Shown piece by piece: positions 1 to 8,313 of a stretch of DNA of 17,708 nucleotides; position 1 is the first letter of the stretch; the number at the start of each line of letters is the position of its first letter. A program made the position numbers and the translations under genes. The DNA lies in assembly GCA_004212155.1 (NCBI GenBank), contig RXIG01000005.1:1-17708 (forward strand), written 5' to 3'. This DNA is from an archaeon (GTDB lineage: Archaea > Methanobacteriota_B > Thermococci > Methanofastidiosales > NM3). Below the pieces are notes generated by a model that worked only from the letters and a program-made list of their open reading frames with translations, searched no databases and was not told the origin of the DNA.

Positions 1-1350
1 GTCAAGTTCCACGACGGCACAGACTTCACCGCCGATGACGTCGTGTTCTCGTTCGCACGACAATACGACTCGGAACACCCATTCAACCAGTATGGTGAGT
101 GGGCGTACTGGGGATACATGTTCACCGACATCGAGGAAGTCGTCAAGGTGGATGACTACACCGTCACCATCAAGATGAAGACGCCGAACGCTTCGATGAT
201 GACGAGCCTTGCCATGTTCACCGCCGCAATCGTTTCTGAGGATGCGGCAATGGAGTACGGCGAGGAGTTCTTCAAGAATCCCGTGGGCACCGGTCCCTTC
301 AAGTTCGTCGAGTGGGTTAAGGACGACCACGTCACCCTTGAGGCCTACGACGACTACTGGGGAGGCCGAGCAACGCTTGATGAGATCGTCTTCAAGGTCA
401 TACCCGACGAGACGACCCGTCTTCTTGCACTGCAGAACGGCGAGGTCCACGGTGTCGAGTACCTCGACCCTAGCCAGCTCTCCATCGTCGAGGGCGACCC
501 CGCGCTCAACCTCATATCGGTTCCCGGCATGAACGTCGGTTACATCGCACTCAACTGTGGTGAGGGATACGTCGATGAGAACAGGAACGGCAAGTGGGAC
601 GAGGGCGAGGACGCCGAGGTCCCCGGTGCGTTCGAACCGTTCAAGGACATCCGCGTACGACGTGCCATCCAGCACGCCATCAACAAGCAGTCGATCATCG
701 ACAACATCTATCAGGGCGCCGCATCGGTCGCCATACAGGGCATGCCCCCAGGTCTCCTCGGTTACAACGATGAGATCGAGGACTACGCCTACGACCCCGA
801 GCTCGCACGCGACCTTCTCGAGCAGGCGGGATACCCCGATGGATTCGAGGTCACGATGTTCCAGATGGGCTCGACATCGCGCCCTTACTTCCCGACGCCA
901 AACGACATCGCACAGGCCATCCAGACCGACCTTGCGGCAGTCGGCATCACGGTCAATCTCTTCACTGAGGACTGGGGTACCTATCTGCAGGACGCAGAGT
1001 CCGGAAAGGCTCCGATGATCATGCTCGGATGGAGTGGCGACAACGGTGATCCTGACAACTTCCTTAACGTGCTCTATAGCCAGAAGACGGCGACCGTCGG
1101 CACAGCCGGCAACTACGGTTTCAAGAAGAACCAGGAGCTCCAGGACCTTCTTGACCAGGGCCTGCTCGTCTACGACCCCGCGGAGCGCGCAGAGATCTAC
1201 AAGGAAGCAAACGCACTCATCGTGGAGGAGGCTACCCACGTCTTCATCGCACACTCGAACCAGATCCTTGCGTTCAGTGCGAACGTCGACGGTTTCGTAC
1301 CACATCCCACGACGAGGATGTTCTTCTACAACACCACGGTAGAGGAGTAA
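1..1350 (+). CDS. dppA: Peptide/nickel ABC transporter substrate-binding protein (SBP family 5, DppA/OppA), 5'-partial
   Basis: Frame 1 is open from base 1 (VKFHDGTDFTADDVVFSF, the family-5 signature), so the gene starts upstream of the window and the ORF-track start at 43 is not real. Also NPVGTGPFKF, PFKDIRVRRAI and GWSGDNGDPDNFL motifs. TAA at 1348-1350. Confidence 0.95.
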   Translation, partial: VKFHDGTDFTADDVVFSFARQYDSEHPFNQYGEWAYWGYMFTDIEEVVKVDDYTVTIKMKTPNASMMTSLAMFTAAIVSEDAAMEYGEEFFKNPVGTGPFKFVEWVKDDHVTLEAYDDYWGGRATLDEIVFKVIPDETTRLLALQNGEVHGVEYLDPSQLSIVEGDPALNLISVPGMNVGYIALNCGEGYVDENRNGKWDEGEDAEVPGAFEPFKDIRVRRAIQHAINKQSIIDNIYQGAASVAIQGMPPGLLGYNDEIEDYAYDPELARDLLEQAGYPDGFEVTMFQMGSTSRPYFPTPNDIAQAIQTDLAAVGITVNLFTEDWGTYLQDAESGKAPMIMLGWSGDNGDPDNFLNVLYSQKTATVGTAGNYGFKKNQELQDLLDQGLLVYDPAERAEIYKEANALIVEEATHVFIAHSNQILAFSANVDGFVPHPTTRMFFYNTTVEE

Positions 1351-1376
1351 TCACTCCTCTCATTTTCTCTTTTTCT
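1341..1376 (+). terminator. Hairpin plus U-rich tract after dppA (terminator, attenuator or mRNA-stabilising element)
   Basis: AGAGGAGT (1341-1348), loop AATC, ACTCCTCT (1353-1360) form a perfect 8-bp stem spanning the stop codon, followed by CATTTTCTCTTTTTCT. Confidence 0.65.
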
Positions 1377-1387
1377 AGGTGGCTAGC

Positions 1388-2392
1388 ATGAAACGATACA
1401 TTGCAAAGCGATTGGCGATGCTCGTACTGGTGCTCATCGGTGTCTCGATAATCACGTTCGTGCTAGTACGCGCAGCACCCGGTGACCCAGCAGTAAATCT
1501 CGCAGGACAGCACGCCAACGAACAGGTACTCGAGAACATACGCGAGAAATACCACCTGAACGAACCGATTTATGAACAATACTTCATCTGGGTCGAGATG
1601 GTCTTGCAAGGAGACCTTGGGCGGTCGATCGCATCCCACGACTCAGTAACAAGCGAGATATCATCCCGGCTGCCGATGACGTTGGAACTGTCTATTTTTG
1701 CCATCATCATCGCCATAGTGGTCGGGGTTCTGGCAGGCATAATATCTGCCGTGAGACAATATTCCAAGATTGATTATACCGTCATGTTCGGCGCGCTCTT
1801 CGGCGTGTCGATGCCCATATTCTGGCTCGGCATCATGCTCATCTACATCTTCAGCATCAAGCTGGGCCTAACACCCGTCCAGGGACGCCTCGACGTCGGC
1901 ATCGAGCTCAATAGGATCACGGGTATGTACGTGCTTGACAGCATCCTCACGCTCAACTGGACGGCGTTTGTCAACAGTGTGAAGCACCTCATCCTTCCCG
2001 CGGTGGCACTTGCTACCATACCCATGGCGACGGTGGCGCGTATGACTCGCTCCTCGATGCTTGAGGTCCTTCGGCAGGACTACATACGCACCGAGCGGGC
2101 AAAGGGCCTATCTGAGCGAGCGGTCATCTACAAGCATGCCATACGCAATGCGCTCATTCCTATCGTTACCGTCATCGGCATGAACATCGGCGTGCTCATG
2201 GGAGGAGCGGTGCTTACCGAGACGATATTCACGCTCCCCGGGCTTGGCAAGTACATCTACGATGCCATCATGGCATACGACTACCCTGTGGTGCAGGGAT
2301 TCACCCTGTTTTTCGCCACCGTCTTCGTGCTTGTCAATCTGGGTACTGACATACTCTACGGGTATATCGACCCGCGCATACGATACGAGTGA
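1388..2392 (+). CDS. dppB: Peptide ABC transporter permease DppB/OppB
   Basis: MKRYIAKRL...PGDPA N-terminus, GDLGRS, EAA-loop region DYIRTERAKGL, C-terminal IDPRIRY. ATG 1388 is preferred over GTG 1379 because AGGTGG precedes it as an RBS. Confidence 0.95.
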   Translation: MKRYIAKRLAMLVLVLIGVSIITFVLVRAAPGDPAVNLAGQHANEQVLENIREKYHLNEPIYEQYFIWVEMVLQGDLGRSIASHDSVTSEISSRLPMTLELSIFAIIIAIVVGVLAGIISAVRQYSKIDYTVMFGALFGVSMPIFWLGIMLIYIFSIKLGLTPVQGRLDVGIELNRITGMYVLDSILTLNWTAFVNSVKHLILPAVALATIPMATVARMTRSSMLEVLRQDYIRTERAKGLSERAVIYKHAIRNALIPIVTVIGMNIGVLMGGAVLTETIFTLPGLGKYIYDAIMAYDYPVVQGFTLFFATVFVLVNLGTDILYGYIDPRIRYE

Positions 2393-2401
2393 GGAGAGAC
2401 A

Positions 2402-3310
2402 ATGCCTACAGAGACCAAGAAAACGAAAAGACGCACGCGCACTGAGGAGACGATACGCCAGTTTAGGAAGAACCGGTCCGGCATGGCAGGGCTCATACTC
2501 CTGCTTATTGTCGTGTTCATGTGCCTGGCCGCACCATTGTTCGCTCCTCACGACCCCTCGGCTGGCAATCTTCCTCAGCGCCTCAAGCCAGGGATTTGGA
2601 GCGACGACACACCAGATGATGGTGTCTACCTGCTGGGTACCGACTCACAGGGTCGTGACCTCTTCTCACGCATCCTCTACGGAGGACGCATCACGCTTGG
2701 CGTCGGATTCGTCGCCCTATCAATCGCTCTTGCCATTGGGCTCGTACTGGGCCTTTCAGCTGGTTACTTCGGTGGATTCATCGACAATGTGATCATGCGG
2801 TTCGTTGACATCATGTTCGCGTTCCCCGCACTGCTACTCGCACTCGTGATCGCAGGGACGCTCGGACGCGGCATCGACAAGGCGATGATCGCTATCGGCA
2901 TTACCTACTCGCCCCAAATGGTACGCGTCGTGCGCAGCGGTGTGCTCATGATCAAGGAGATGGAGTTCATCGAGGCGCAACACGCTATCGGGTCAGGACA
3001 CATTCGCATACTCCTACGCCACGTGATGCCTAATTCACTTGCGCCGATCATCGTCTATGGGACACTCATGCTCGCTACGGCCATTCTTGATGCGGCGGCA
3101 CTCGGGTTCCTCGGGGTGGGCGCACAGGTGCCCTCACCCGAATGGGGCCTCACGCTCTCGGCGAGCAGGCAGTACCTGCTCACCGGTGCATGGTGGGCGG
3201 CCACATTCCCTGGCATTGCCATACTCATCTCGGTGATATCGCTAAACCTCCTGGGCGACGGGCTCCGCGACGCCCTCGACCCACGTCTCAAGGGAGGTGC
3301 GAAGCTATGA
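2402..3310 (+). CDS. dppC: Peptide ABC transporter permease DppC/OppC
   Basis: LLGTDSQGRDLFSRILYGGR, EFIEAQHAIG (EAA loop), PEWG, NLLGDGLRDALDPR. RBS GAGGAG upstream. Confidence 0.95.
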   Translation: MPTETKKTKRRTRTEETIRQFRKNRSGMAGLILLLIVVFMCLAAPLFAPHDPSAGNLPQRLKPGIWSDDTPDDGVYLLGTDSQGRDLFSRILYGGRITLGVGFVALSIALAIGLVLGLSAGYFGGFIDNVIMRFVDIMFAFPALLLALVIAGTLGRGIDKAMIAIGITYSPQMVRVVRSGVLMIKEMEFIEAQHAIGSGHIRILLRHVMPNSLAPIIVYGTLMLATAILDAAALGFLGVGAQVPSPEWGLTLSASRQYLLTGAWWAATFPGIAILISVISLNLLGDGLRDALDPRLKGGAKL

Positions 3311-4290
3311 GCGAAACGTTACTTGACATAAAGAATCTCGAGACGCACTTCTCCACCGATGACGGCATCGTCAAGGCTGTTGATGACGTGAGCTTCGAGA
3401 TCAAGAAGGGCGAGACGTTCGGCCTCGTGGGCGAGTCGGGATGCGGCAAGTCAGTGACCGCGCTCTCGATCATGCGCCTAATCCCCGATCCGCCAGGAAA
3501 GATCGTCGGCGGCTCGATAGAGTTCGAGGGCGAGGACCTTACCAAATACACTGAGCGCCAGATGCAGAAGGTGCGTGGCAACAAGATATCGATGGTGTTC
3601 CAGGAGCCTATGACAAGTCTCGATCCTGTCTTTACCGTAGGGAGCGAGCTCATCGAGACTATACAGCTTCACCAGCGCCTCGAGAAGAAAGCTGCGTGGA
3701 AAAAGGCGGTCGAGATGCTCGAGCTCGTTGGCTTGCCCGACCCTAAGCAACGGATGGAGCAGTATCCCCATGAGCTCTCAGGCGGCATGCGCCAGCGCAT
3801 CATGATCGCCATGGCGCTCGCGTGCCGGCCCTCGCTGCTCATAGCCGACGAGCCGACGACCGCGCTCGACGTGACGATACAGGCGCAGATCCTCAACCTA
3901 ATGGACGACCTCAAGCGCGAGCTCAACACGTCCATTCTCCTCATCACCCATGACCTCGGCGTCGTGGCACAGTACTGCGACTACGTTGCGGTCATGTATG
4001 CGGGTAACATCGTCGAGTACGCGTCGGTCGAGGAGATCTTCGATGATCCGCAGCACCCCTATACGAAGGGCCTCATCCGCTCCGTGCCGTCGCTTGACCG
4101 CGACGTCGAGCGCCTTGCGGTCATGGAAGGGACGGTACCGAATCTGATCGATCCGCCAAATGGGTGCCGATTCCAGCCTCGCTGCACGTGTTCGCGGCCT
4201 GAGTGCGTCAACACGATGCCCGACCTGCGTTATGTGGGGCGCGGTGCCGAGGAACATCTCGTTCGTTGCCTGGAGGTGGACAGGGAATGA
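3307..4290 (+). CDS. dppD: Peptide ABC transporter ATP-binding protein DppD/OppD
   Basis: Start at ATG 3307 (ATGA overlap with the dppC stop, RBS GGAGGTG at 3293-3299). Walker [17 protein letters not shown], Walker [17 protein letters not shown], and a C-terminal Cys cluster (CRFQPRC..C..C). Confidence 0.95.
   Translation: MSETLLDIKNLETHFSTDDGIVKAVDDVSFEIKKGETFGLVGESGCGKSVTALSIMRLIPDPPGKIVGGSIEFEGEDLTKYTERQMQKVRGNKISMVFQEPMTSLDPVFTVGSELIETIQLHQRLEKKAAWKKAVEMLELVGLPDPKQRMEQYPHELSGGMRQRIMIAMALACRPSLLIADEPTTALDVTIQAQILNLMDDLKRELNTSILLITHDLGVVAQYCDYVAVMYAGNIVEYASVEEIFDDPQHPYTKGLIRSVPSLDRDVERLAVMEGTVPNLIDPPNGCRFQPRCTCSRPECVNTMPDLRYVGRGAEEHLVRCLEVDRE
3371..3452 (+). repeat. 82-bp direct repeat, copy 1 (Walker A region of dppD)
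   Basis: 79 of 82 nt identical to 4366-4447 by manual alignment. Confidence 0.9.
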
Positions 4291-5246
4291 AGCCTCTTGT
4301 GGAAGTGGAGAATCTCAAGAAGTACTTCGAGCACAAAGGCGGCCTCTTCAGGGAGACCGAATACCTCAAGGCCGTTGACGACGTGAGCTTCGAGATCAAG
4401 AAGGGCGAGACGTTCGGCCTTGTGGGCGAGTCGGGATGCGGCAAGTCGACATGCGGCAAGACGATCCTCAAGCTGCATCAGCCCACCGCGGGTAGCATAC
4501 GCTACGACGGCGTTGATATCTCGGGATTCACACGCAAGCAGATGCTACCGTATCGCCGCAAGATGACCATCATCTACCAGGATCCATTCGGTTCGCTCGA
4601 CCCCCGCATGACGGTGGGCGACATCATCTCCGAGCCGATGGAAGTGCACAAGCTCTACGGCAGGGAGGAGCGTGAGAACAAGGTCATGGAGATAACGGAG
4701 TACGTCGGTCTCACGGCAGAGCAGGTATCCCGTTATCCTCATGAGTTCTCAGGCGGTCAGCGCCAGCGCATCGGCATCGCCCGCTCGCTTGCGCTCGACC
4801 CCGAGTTCATCGTCGCAGACGAACCGGTGAGCGCGCTTGACGTCTCGATCCAGGCGCAGATCATCAATTTGCTGTATGACCTCCAAAAGGAGCTCGACCT
4901 CACCTACCTCTTCATCGCCCACGACCTTGCGGTGGTCAAGCACATCTGCGAGCGTATCGCCGTGATGTACCTTGGCAAGGTGGTGGAGATAGCTGACAAG
5001 AAGGAGCTTTTCAGGAATCCGATGCATCCCTATACCAAGGCACTCATGTCCTCCGTGCCGATCCCCAACCCTCATCGCAGGACGGAACAGATCATACTCA
5101 CAGGGGATGTGCCAAGTCCGGTCAATCCGCCTCCAGGCTGCCACTTCCACAACAGGTGCCCGTCGGCCATGGAGCGCTGCAGCGTCGAGGAGCCCGAGCT
5201 TGTCGAGGTAGAAAAGGATCACTTCGTCTCGTGCCACCTCTATTAG
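4287..5246 (+). CDS. dppF: Peptide ABC transporter ATP-binding protein DppF/OppF
   Basis: Start at ATG 4287 (ATGA overlap with the dppD stop, RBS GGAGGTGG at 4272-4279). [41 protein letters not shown]...C...SCHL. Confidence 0.95.
   Translation: MKPLVEVENLKKYFEHKGGLFRETEYLKAVDDVSFEIKKGETFGLVGESGCGKSTCGKTILKLHQPTAGSIRYDGVDISGFTRKQMLPYRRKMTIIYQDPFGSLDPRMTVGDIISEPMEVHKLYGREERENKVMEITEYVGLTAEQVSRYPHEFSGGQRQRIGIARSLALDPEFIVADEPVSALDVSIQAQIINLLYDLQKELDLTYLFIAHDLAVVKHICERIAVMYLGKVVEIADKKELFRNPMHPYTKALMSSVPIPNPHRRTEQIILTGDVPSPVNPPPGCHFHNRCPSAMERCSVEEPELVEVEKDHFVSCHLY
4366..4447 (+). repeat. 82-bp direct repeat, copy 2 (Walker A region of dppF)
   Basis: 79 of 82 nt identical to 3371-3452. Confidence 0.9.
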
Positions 5247-5256
5247 TGGCACATCA

Positions 5257-5649
5257 TCATTCTTTTTTGAACTCTTCCTGGATGTCGTCGAGCAGCCGCT
5301 CGAGGTGTTCACGGCCGTGGATGTTGCGGTAGATGTTTAAGAATCCGAGTATGACCTCGCGTGAGCGAACGCCCAACTCCTTGATTTCCGCTTCCTGACC
5401 TTCAAGGAACTCTTCTCCCTTTTTGGTAAGGCCGAAGTATTTCCTTTCCTCTTCTGTCTGTATCCGCTCCAGTATGCCCTGCTGCTCAAGTCTGTTGAGC
5501 GTCCCGTAGACCGTTCCGTAGCTTAGCTCCCAGTGGTCGTTGGATGCATGTTCGAGTTCCTTGACGATCTCGTAGCCGTAGCGTGGTTGCTGGCGTATGA
5601 GATCGAGAATGAGGTATGTCATGAGGTTCTCGGGGACCTTCTTCTGCAT
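5257..5649 (-). CDS. PadR-family winged-helix transcriptional regulator
   Basis: ILDLI..QPRYGYEIVKEL...SYGTVYGTLNRLEQQGIL...RKYFGLTKKG matches the PadR wHTH pattern. 130 aa with a short C-terminal helix. Confidence 0.9.
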   Translation of the reverse strand: MQKKVPENLMTYLILDLIRQQPRYGYEIVKELEHASNDHWELSYGTVYGTLNRLEQQGILERIQTEEERKYFGLTKKGEEFLEGQEAEIKELGVRSREVILGFLNIYRNIHGREHLERLLDDIQEEFKKE

Positions 5650-5670
5650 GGATATCCCTTGGATGCGCGC

Positions 5671-5685
5671 GTTTTTATACTTTAT
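5671..5685 (-). promoter_or_regulatory. TATA box of the padR promoter (probably leaderless transcript)
   Basis: Minus strand reads ATAAAGTATAAAAAC. TATAAAAA (5672-5679) lies about 23-30 nt upstream of the ATG at 5649, and no RBS is visible. Confidence 0.55.
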
Positions 5686-5688
5686 TAC

Positions 5689-5741
5689 ATTACGGACCGT
5701 AATATTTTTATATTACGTAGTGTAATATTACACATTGTAAT
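5689..5741. promoter_or_regulatory. Three palindromic ATTAC-N5-GTAAT operator boxes around a + strand TTTATA TATA box
   Basis: Box 1 5689-5703 ATTACggaccGTAAT, box 2 5712-5726 ATTACgtagtGTAAT, box 3 5727-5741 ATTACacattGTAAT. An extra half-site ATTAC lies at 5684-5688. TTTTTATA at 5705-5712. Confidence 0.85.
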
Positions 5742-5752
5742 AAGTGATTGTC

Positions 5753-6244
5753 ATGAATGTGCATGTCATACTGCTCATCGCGGCGGCCGTTGGCGCTCTT
5801 GCCATTTCCTTCAAGAAGGATTCGGCCAAAACATGGGAGGGACTCAAGGTTGCCCGCTCGAGATTCGGCTCGATCGCTGGAGACATACTGGCCGTCCTGG
5901 CGCTCGTGAGTCTCTTTCTCACGATCGTGCCCCCAAACGTCATATCGTCGTTGCTTGGCAGCGAGAACGTGGCCTTGAGCGGCCTTGCCGGTGCGACCAT
6001 AGGCACGGTCACCATCATGCCGGCGTTCGTTGCCTTTCCCCTTTCCGCCTCGCTCATCGCCAAGGGTGCGCATCTTGTCGCCGTGGCGGCGTTCATTACG
6101 ACACTCACCATGGTGGGATTCGCAACGGCCCCCATCGAGCGTGAGTATTTCGGCACGCGCTTCACAATCATTCGGAATGTTGTAAGTTTCCTCGCCGCGC
6201 TTGTCATAGCGGGAGGCATGGTGGTGCTCTATGCCATCCTTTGA
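5753..6244 (+). CDS. DUF318/ArsP-like predicted permease, subunit 1 (split form)
   Basis: Hydrophobic protein of about 163 aa with GTVTIMPAFVAFPLSASLIAKGA...TLTMVGFATAPIEREYFGTRFTIIRN, a pattern I recognise from small DUF318 half-permeases. ATG 5753 or GTG 5744. Confidence 0.8.
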   Translation: MNVHVILLIAAAVGALAISFKKDSAKTWEGLKVARSRFGSIAGDILAVLALVSLFLTIVPPNVISSLLGSENVALSGLAGATIGTVTIMPAFVAFPLSASLIAKGAHLVAVAAFITTLTMVGFATAPIEREYFGTRFTIIRNVVSFLAALVIAGGMVVLYAIL

Positions 6245-6920
6245 TCGCCTGCGCTCCAACAAGCTCATTGTCTTCACGGCGGCATGTTACGTGGCGGCAG
6301 CGCTCTATGACACGTCGATCGTTGGCGAATCCGCATCGATGTGCTGGGTGTTCGTCCGCGAGATGATAGAGATCCTGCCGCCTGTGATCATCATCGCTAC
6401 GCTTATCGACGTCTGGGTACCCCATCAGGCGATCATCAGACTGCTTGGTTCCTCCTCTGGGGTCAAGGGTATCGTCGCATCGATCGCCATGGGGTCCGTC
6501 TTTGCCGGGCCGATCTATGCCGCGTTCCCCCTCACACAGTCGCTCATGCGAAAGGGTGCCAGCCTTACCAACATCGTCATCATCCTCAGTGCGTGGGCCG
6601 TGACGAAGGTACCTATGCTCGTCGTCGAGTCGAAGTTCCTCGGCATCGACTTCATGCTCTCGCGCTACCTGCTTACCGTGCCGATGCTTGTCATCATTGG
6701 CCTTACCGTCTCTCGCCTCGTAAGCGAACGTGCGGTGAGGACGCACCTCGAGGGCATATCCGATGAGGACGTGATACGATTGGCAGAGCGCCTGCCTGGC
6801 CACGACTGCGGCGCGTGCGGATATTCGAGCTGCCAGGAATATGCACGTGCGATATCCGTTCATGGCGAGGATCCGACGTTGTGCCGCTTCGTCGATGGTT
6901 CCGTGACGGTGGGCGCGTGA
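6231..6920 (+). CDS. DUF318/ArsP-like predicted permease, subunit 2, with a C-terminal RnfB/AcsC-type 4Fe-4S (FeS) domain
   Basis: ILPPV...DVWVP...LG..SG.KG...GSVFAGPIYAAFP...KGAS...WAVTKVPML..E..FLG. C-terminal LPGHDCGACGYSSC-x16-C (Cys codons at 6807, 6816, 6831, 6882). Overlaps the upstream gene by 14 nt. Confidence 0.8.
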   Translation: MPSFDRLRSNKLIVFTAACYVAAALYDTSIVGESASMCWVFVREMIEILPPVIIIATLIDVWVPHQAIIRLLGSSSGVKGIVASIAMGSVFAGPIYAAFPLTQSLMRKGASLTNIVIILSAWAVTKVPMLVVESKFLGIDFMLSRYLLTVPMLVIIGLTVSRLVSERAVRTHLEGISDEDVIRLAERLPGHDCGACGYSSCQEYARAISVHGEDPTLCRFVDGSVTVGA

Positions 6921-6940
6921 GGTTGCAGTAAAGGATATAT

Positions 6941-7534
6941 GTGAGATGGCCGATCGATGCCATGGTCATCGATGAGCTCCTCGACATGCTGGCTGACGGT
7001 CGTCTTGCCGCCCCCTCATTTCAACGGCACTACGTGTGGTCGCGAAAGAAGGCACGCAAGTTGATGACGTCGCTCCTCGGTGGCTATACGTGCGGTACGC
7101 TCGTTTTGTGGCGACCCCCTGACAGGTCAGTAACATCTGTTAGGGGTGCATCGGCGGAAAACTGGTCCGACCTTATCCTTGACGGGCATCAACGTCTTGC
7201 CACACTATATATGCTCGTTCGTGGCAACGTCCCTCCGACATGCAGTGAGGGCACATTGCGCCACGATCCTCGAGATATGGTTTTTGATTTATCTGCTGGC
7301 TCATTCTCATATCCTGAACGTGTGCGACACTCTTCCAATAGCTGTTTGCCCGTGGTCGATTGCTTTTGTTCCCCCTACGGTGAAATAATAAGGCGGGTCT
7401 CCGGAGAAGTACAGAAAGAGGCCGCCAAGGTAGTACGCTCACTGCATGGGATTCGAGATCTTGCCTATCCGATAGAGCGTGTCTCTATGACCCCTGAAGA
7501 GGCTAAAAAGACTTACGATCCGCTGCATCGATGA
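6941..7534 (+). pseudogene. Stand-alone, apparently truncated DUF262 (GmrSD/SspE N-terminal, ParB-like) domain gene
   Basis: PSFQRHYVW (7013-7039) and LILDGHQRL (about 7172-7198) are the (P)xxQR..VW and DGQQR motifs. The ORF ends at about 190-197 aa, where the F..(I/L)N..G motif would be expected, and has no nuclease domain. Start GTG 6941 or ATG 6962. Family call is confident, pseudogene status is inferred. Confidence 0.6.
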
Positions 7535-8218
7535 TCATATGACGCAACTCAGCTCGTGGAGCGAAGTGATCGATGTCATCACATCCTTCGGGCATGGTTC
7601 GCCATATCTTCTCAGGTAGACAGGCTTCATTCCAGCATTGGCAGACCCATAGACGTCTGCATACAGGTCATCACCTACGTAATATGTTTCTTGTGGGGAT
7701 GTGCCAAGCGCATCCACGGCATATACGAATATGTCTTTTGATGGCTTTGGGGTGCCGATGTCTTCCGATATGACGACAGCCTCGAACATGTCTGACAACC
7801 CCGTGGCCTTGAGCTTCTTTCGCTGTTCGCTGCTGTCTCCGTTTGATATCACGCCCATTGGCATGTCCTCAAGCTTCTCAAGGCAAGGTAAGACATCGTC
7901 GAAGAGCGCCCAGTGGCGCTCATAGTACGATAGGTACGTATGGAAGAGTCGCTGAGCATCATCCCATGTAAGCGAAACGTCGCATGAAGAGAAAACGCTC
8001 TGGCACCGCAGTGCCCTGATGTCGTGAAACGATACCTCGCCGGACATGTACTTACCGAAGTAGTGCTCGCCCGCTTTCGACCAGAGTGAAATGAACGTCT
8101 CGCAGTCGGTGTTCAGGTCTACACAATGGTCTGTGAAGAAATCACGAAGCGCCAGCTTTTGCGCCTTCTTGTGGTCGATGAGCGTGCCGTCGATGTCAAA
8201 GAGCATGGCATCCGTCAT
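7535..8218 (-). CDS. HAD-superfamily hydrolase (YjjG/YigB-like, subfamily IA)
   Basis: Motif I LFDIDGTL, motif II ISNG, KP, motif IV YVGDDLYADVYG. ATG 8218 is preferred over 8287 because it places motif I at residue 5 and a TTTATTAA box (8241-8248, minus strand) lies about 25 nt upstream. Confidence 0.9.
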   Translation of the reverse strand: MTDAMLFDIDGTLIDHKKAQKLALRDFFTDHCVDLNTDCETFISLWSKAGEHYFGKYMSGEVSFHDIRALRCQSVFSSCDVSLTWDDAQRLFHTYLSYYERHWALFDDVLPCLEKLEDMPMGVISNGDSSEQRKKLKATGLSDMFEAVVISEDIGTPKPSKDIFVYAVDALGTSPQETYYVGDDLYADVYGSANAGMKPVYLRRYGEPCPKDVMTSITSLHELSCVI

Positions 8219-8313
8219 TGTATCATCTGGTAAGAAGCGCTTAATAAAATAATGGTTGTCATCCTGAGCGGATTCCCATTCGGACATACCTTAATATATA
8301 CTTACATACATAC

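Noticed and set aside
209-1342. Alternative-frame ORFs inside dppA (209-532, 557-1018, 1034-1342) and similar S/R/T-rich shadow ORFs across dpp, suc and the ATPase gene
   Set aside because: They overlap well-supported genes and have the low-complexity composition expected from off-frame or antisense reading of GC3-biased codons. No motifs.
3142-3306. N-terminal extensions of dppD (from 3142) and dppF (from 4203) in the ORF track
   Set aside because: They overlap upstream genes. ATGA-coupled starts at 3307 and 4287 have clear GGAGGTG RBSs.
4160-4272. C-terminal Cys clusters in DppD and DppF as a novel Fe-S feature
   Set aside because: This is the ordinary C-terminal domain of oligopeptide ABC ATPases, already known to bind 4Fe-4S in some DppD proteins.
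6231-6244. 14-nt overlap of the two permease halves as a frameshifted single gene
   Set aside because: Each half has its own start and hydrophobic N-terminus, the second has an upstream GGTGGTG RBS, and two-gene DUF318 pairs are a known arrangement.
6918-6944. Possible selenocysteine read-through of the permease TGA (TGA GGT TGC gives U-G-C)
   Set aside because: It adds only 7 codons before another TGA, the Fe-S motif is already complete, and I recognised no SECIS-like element.
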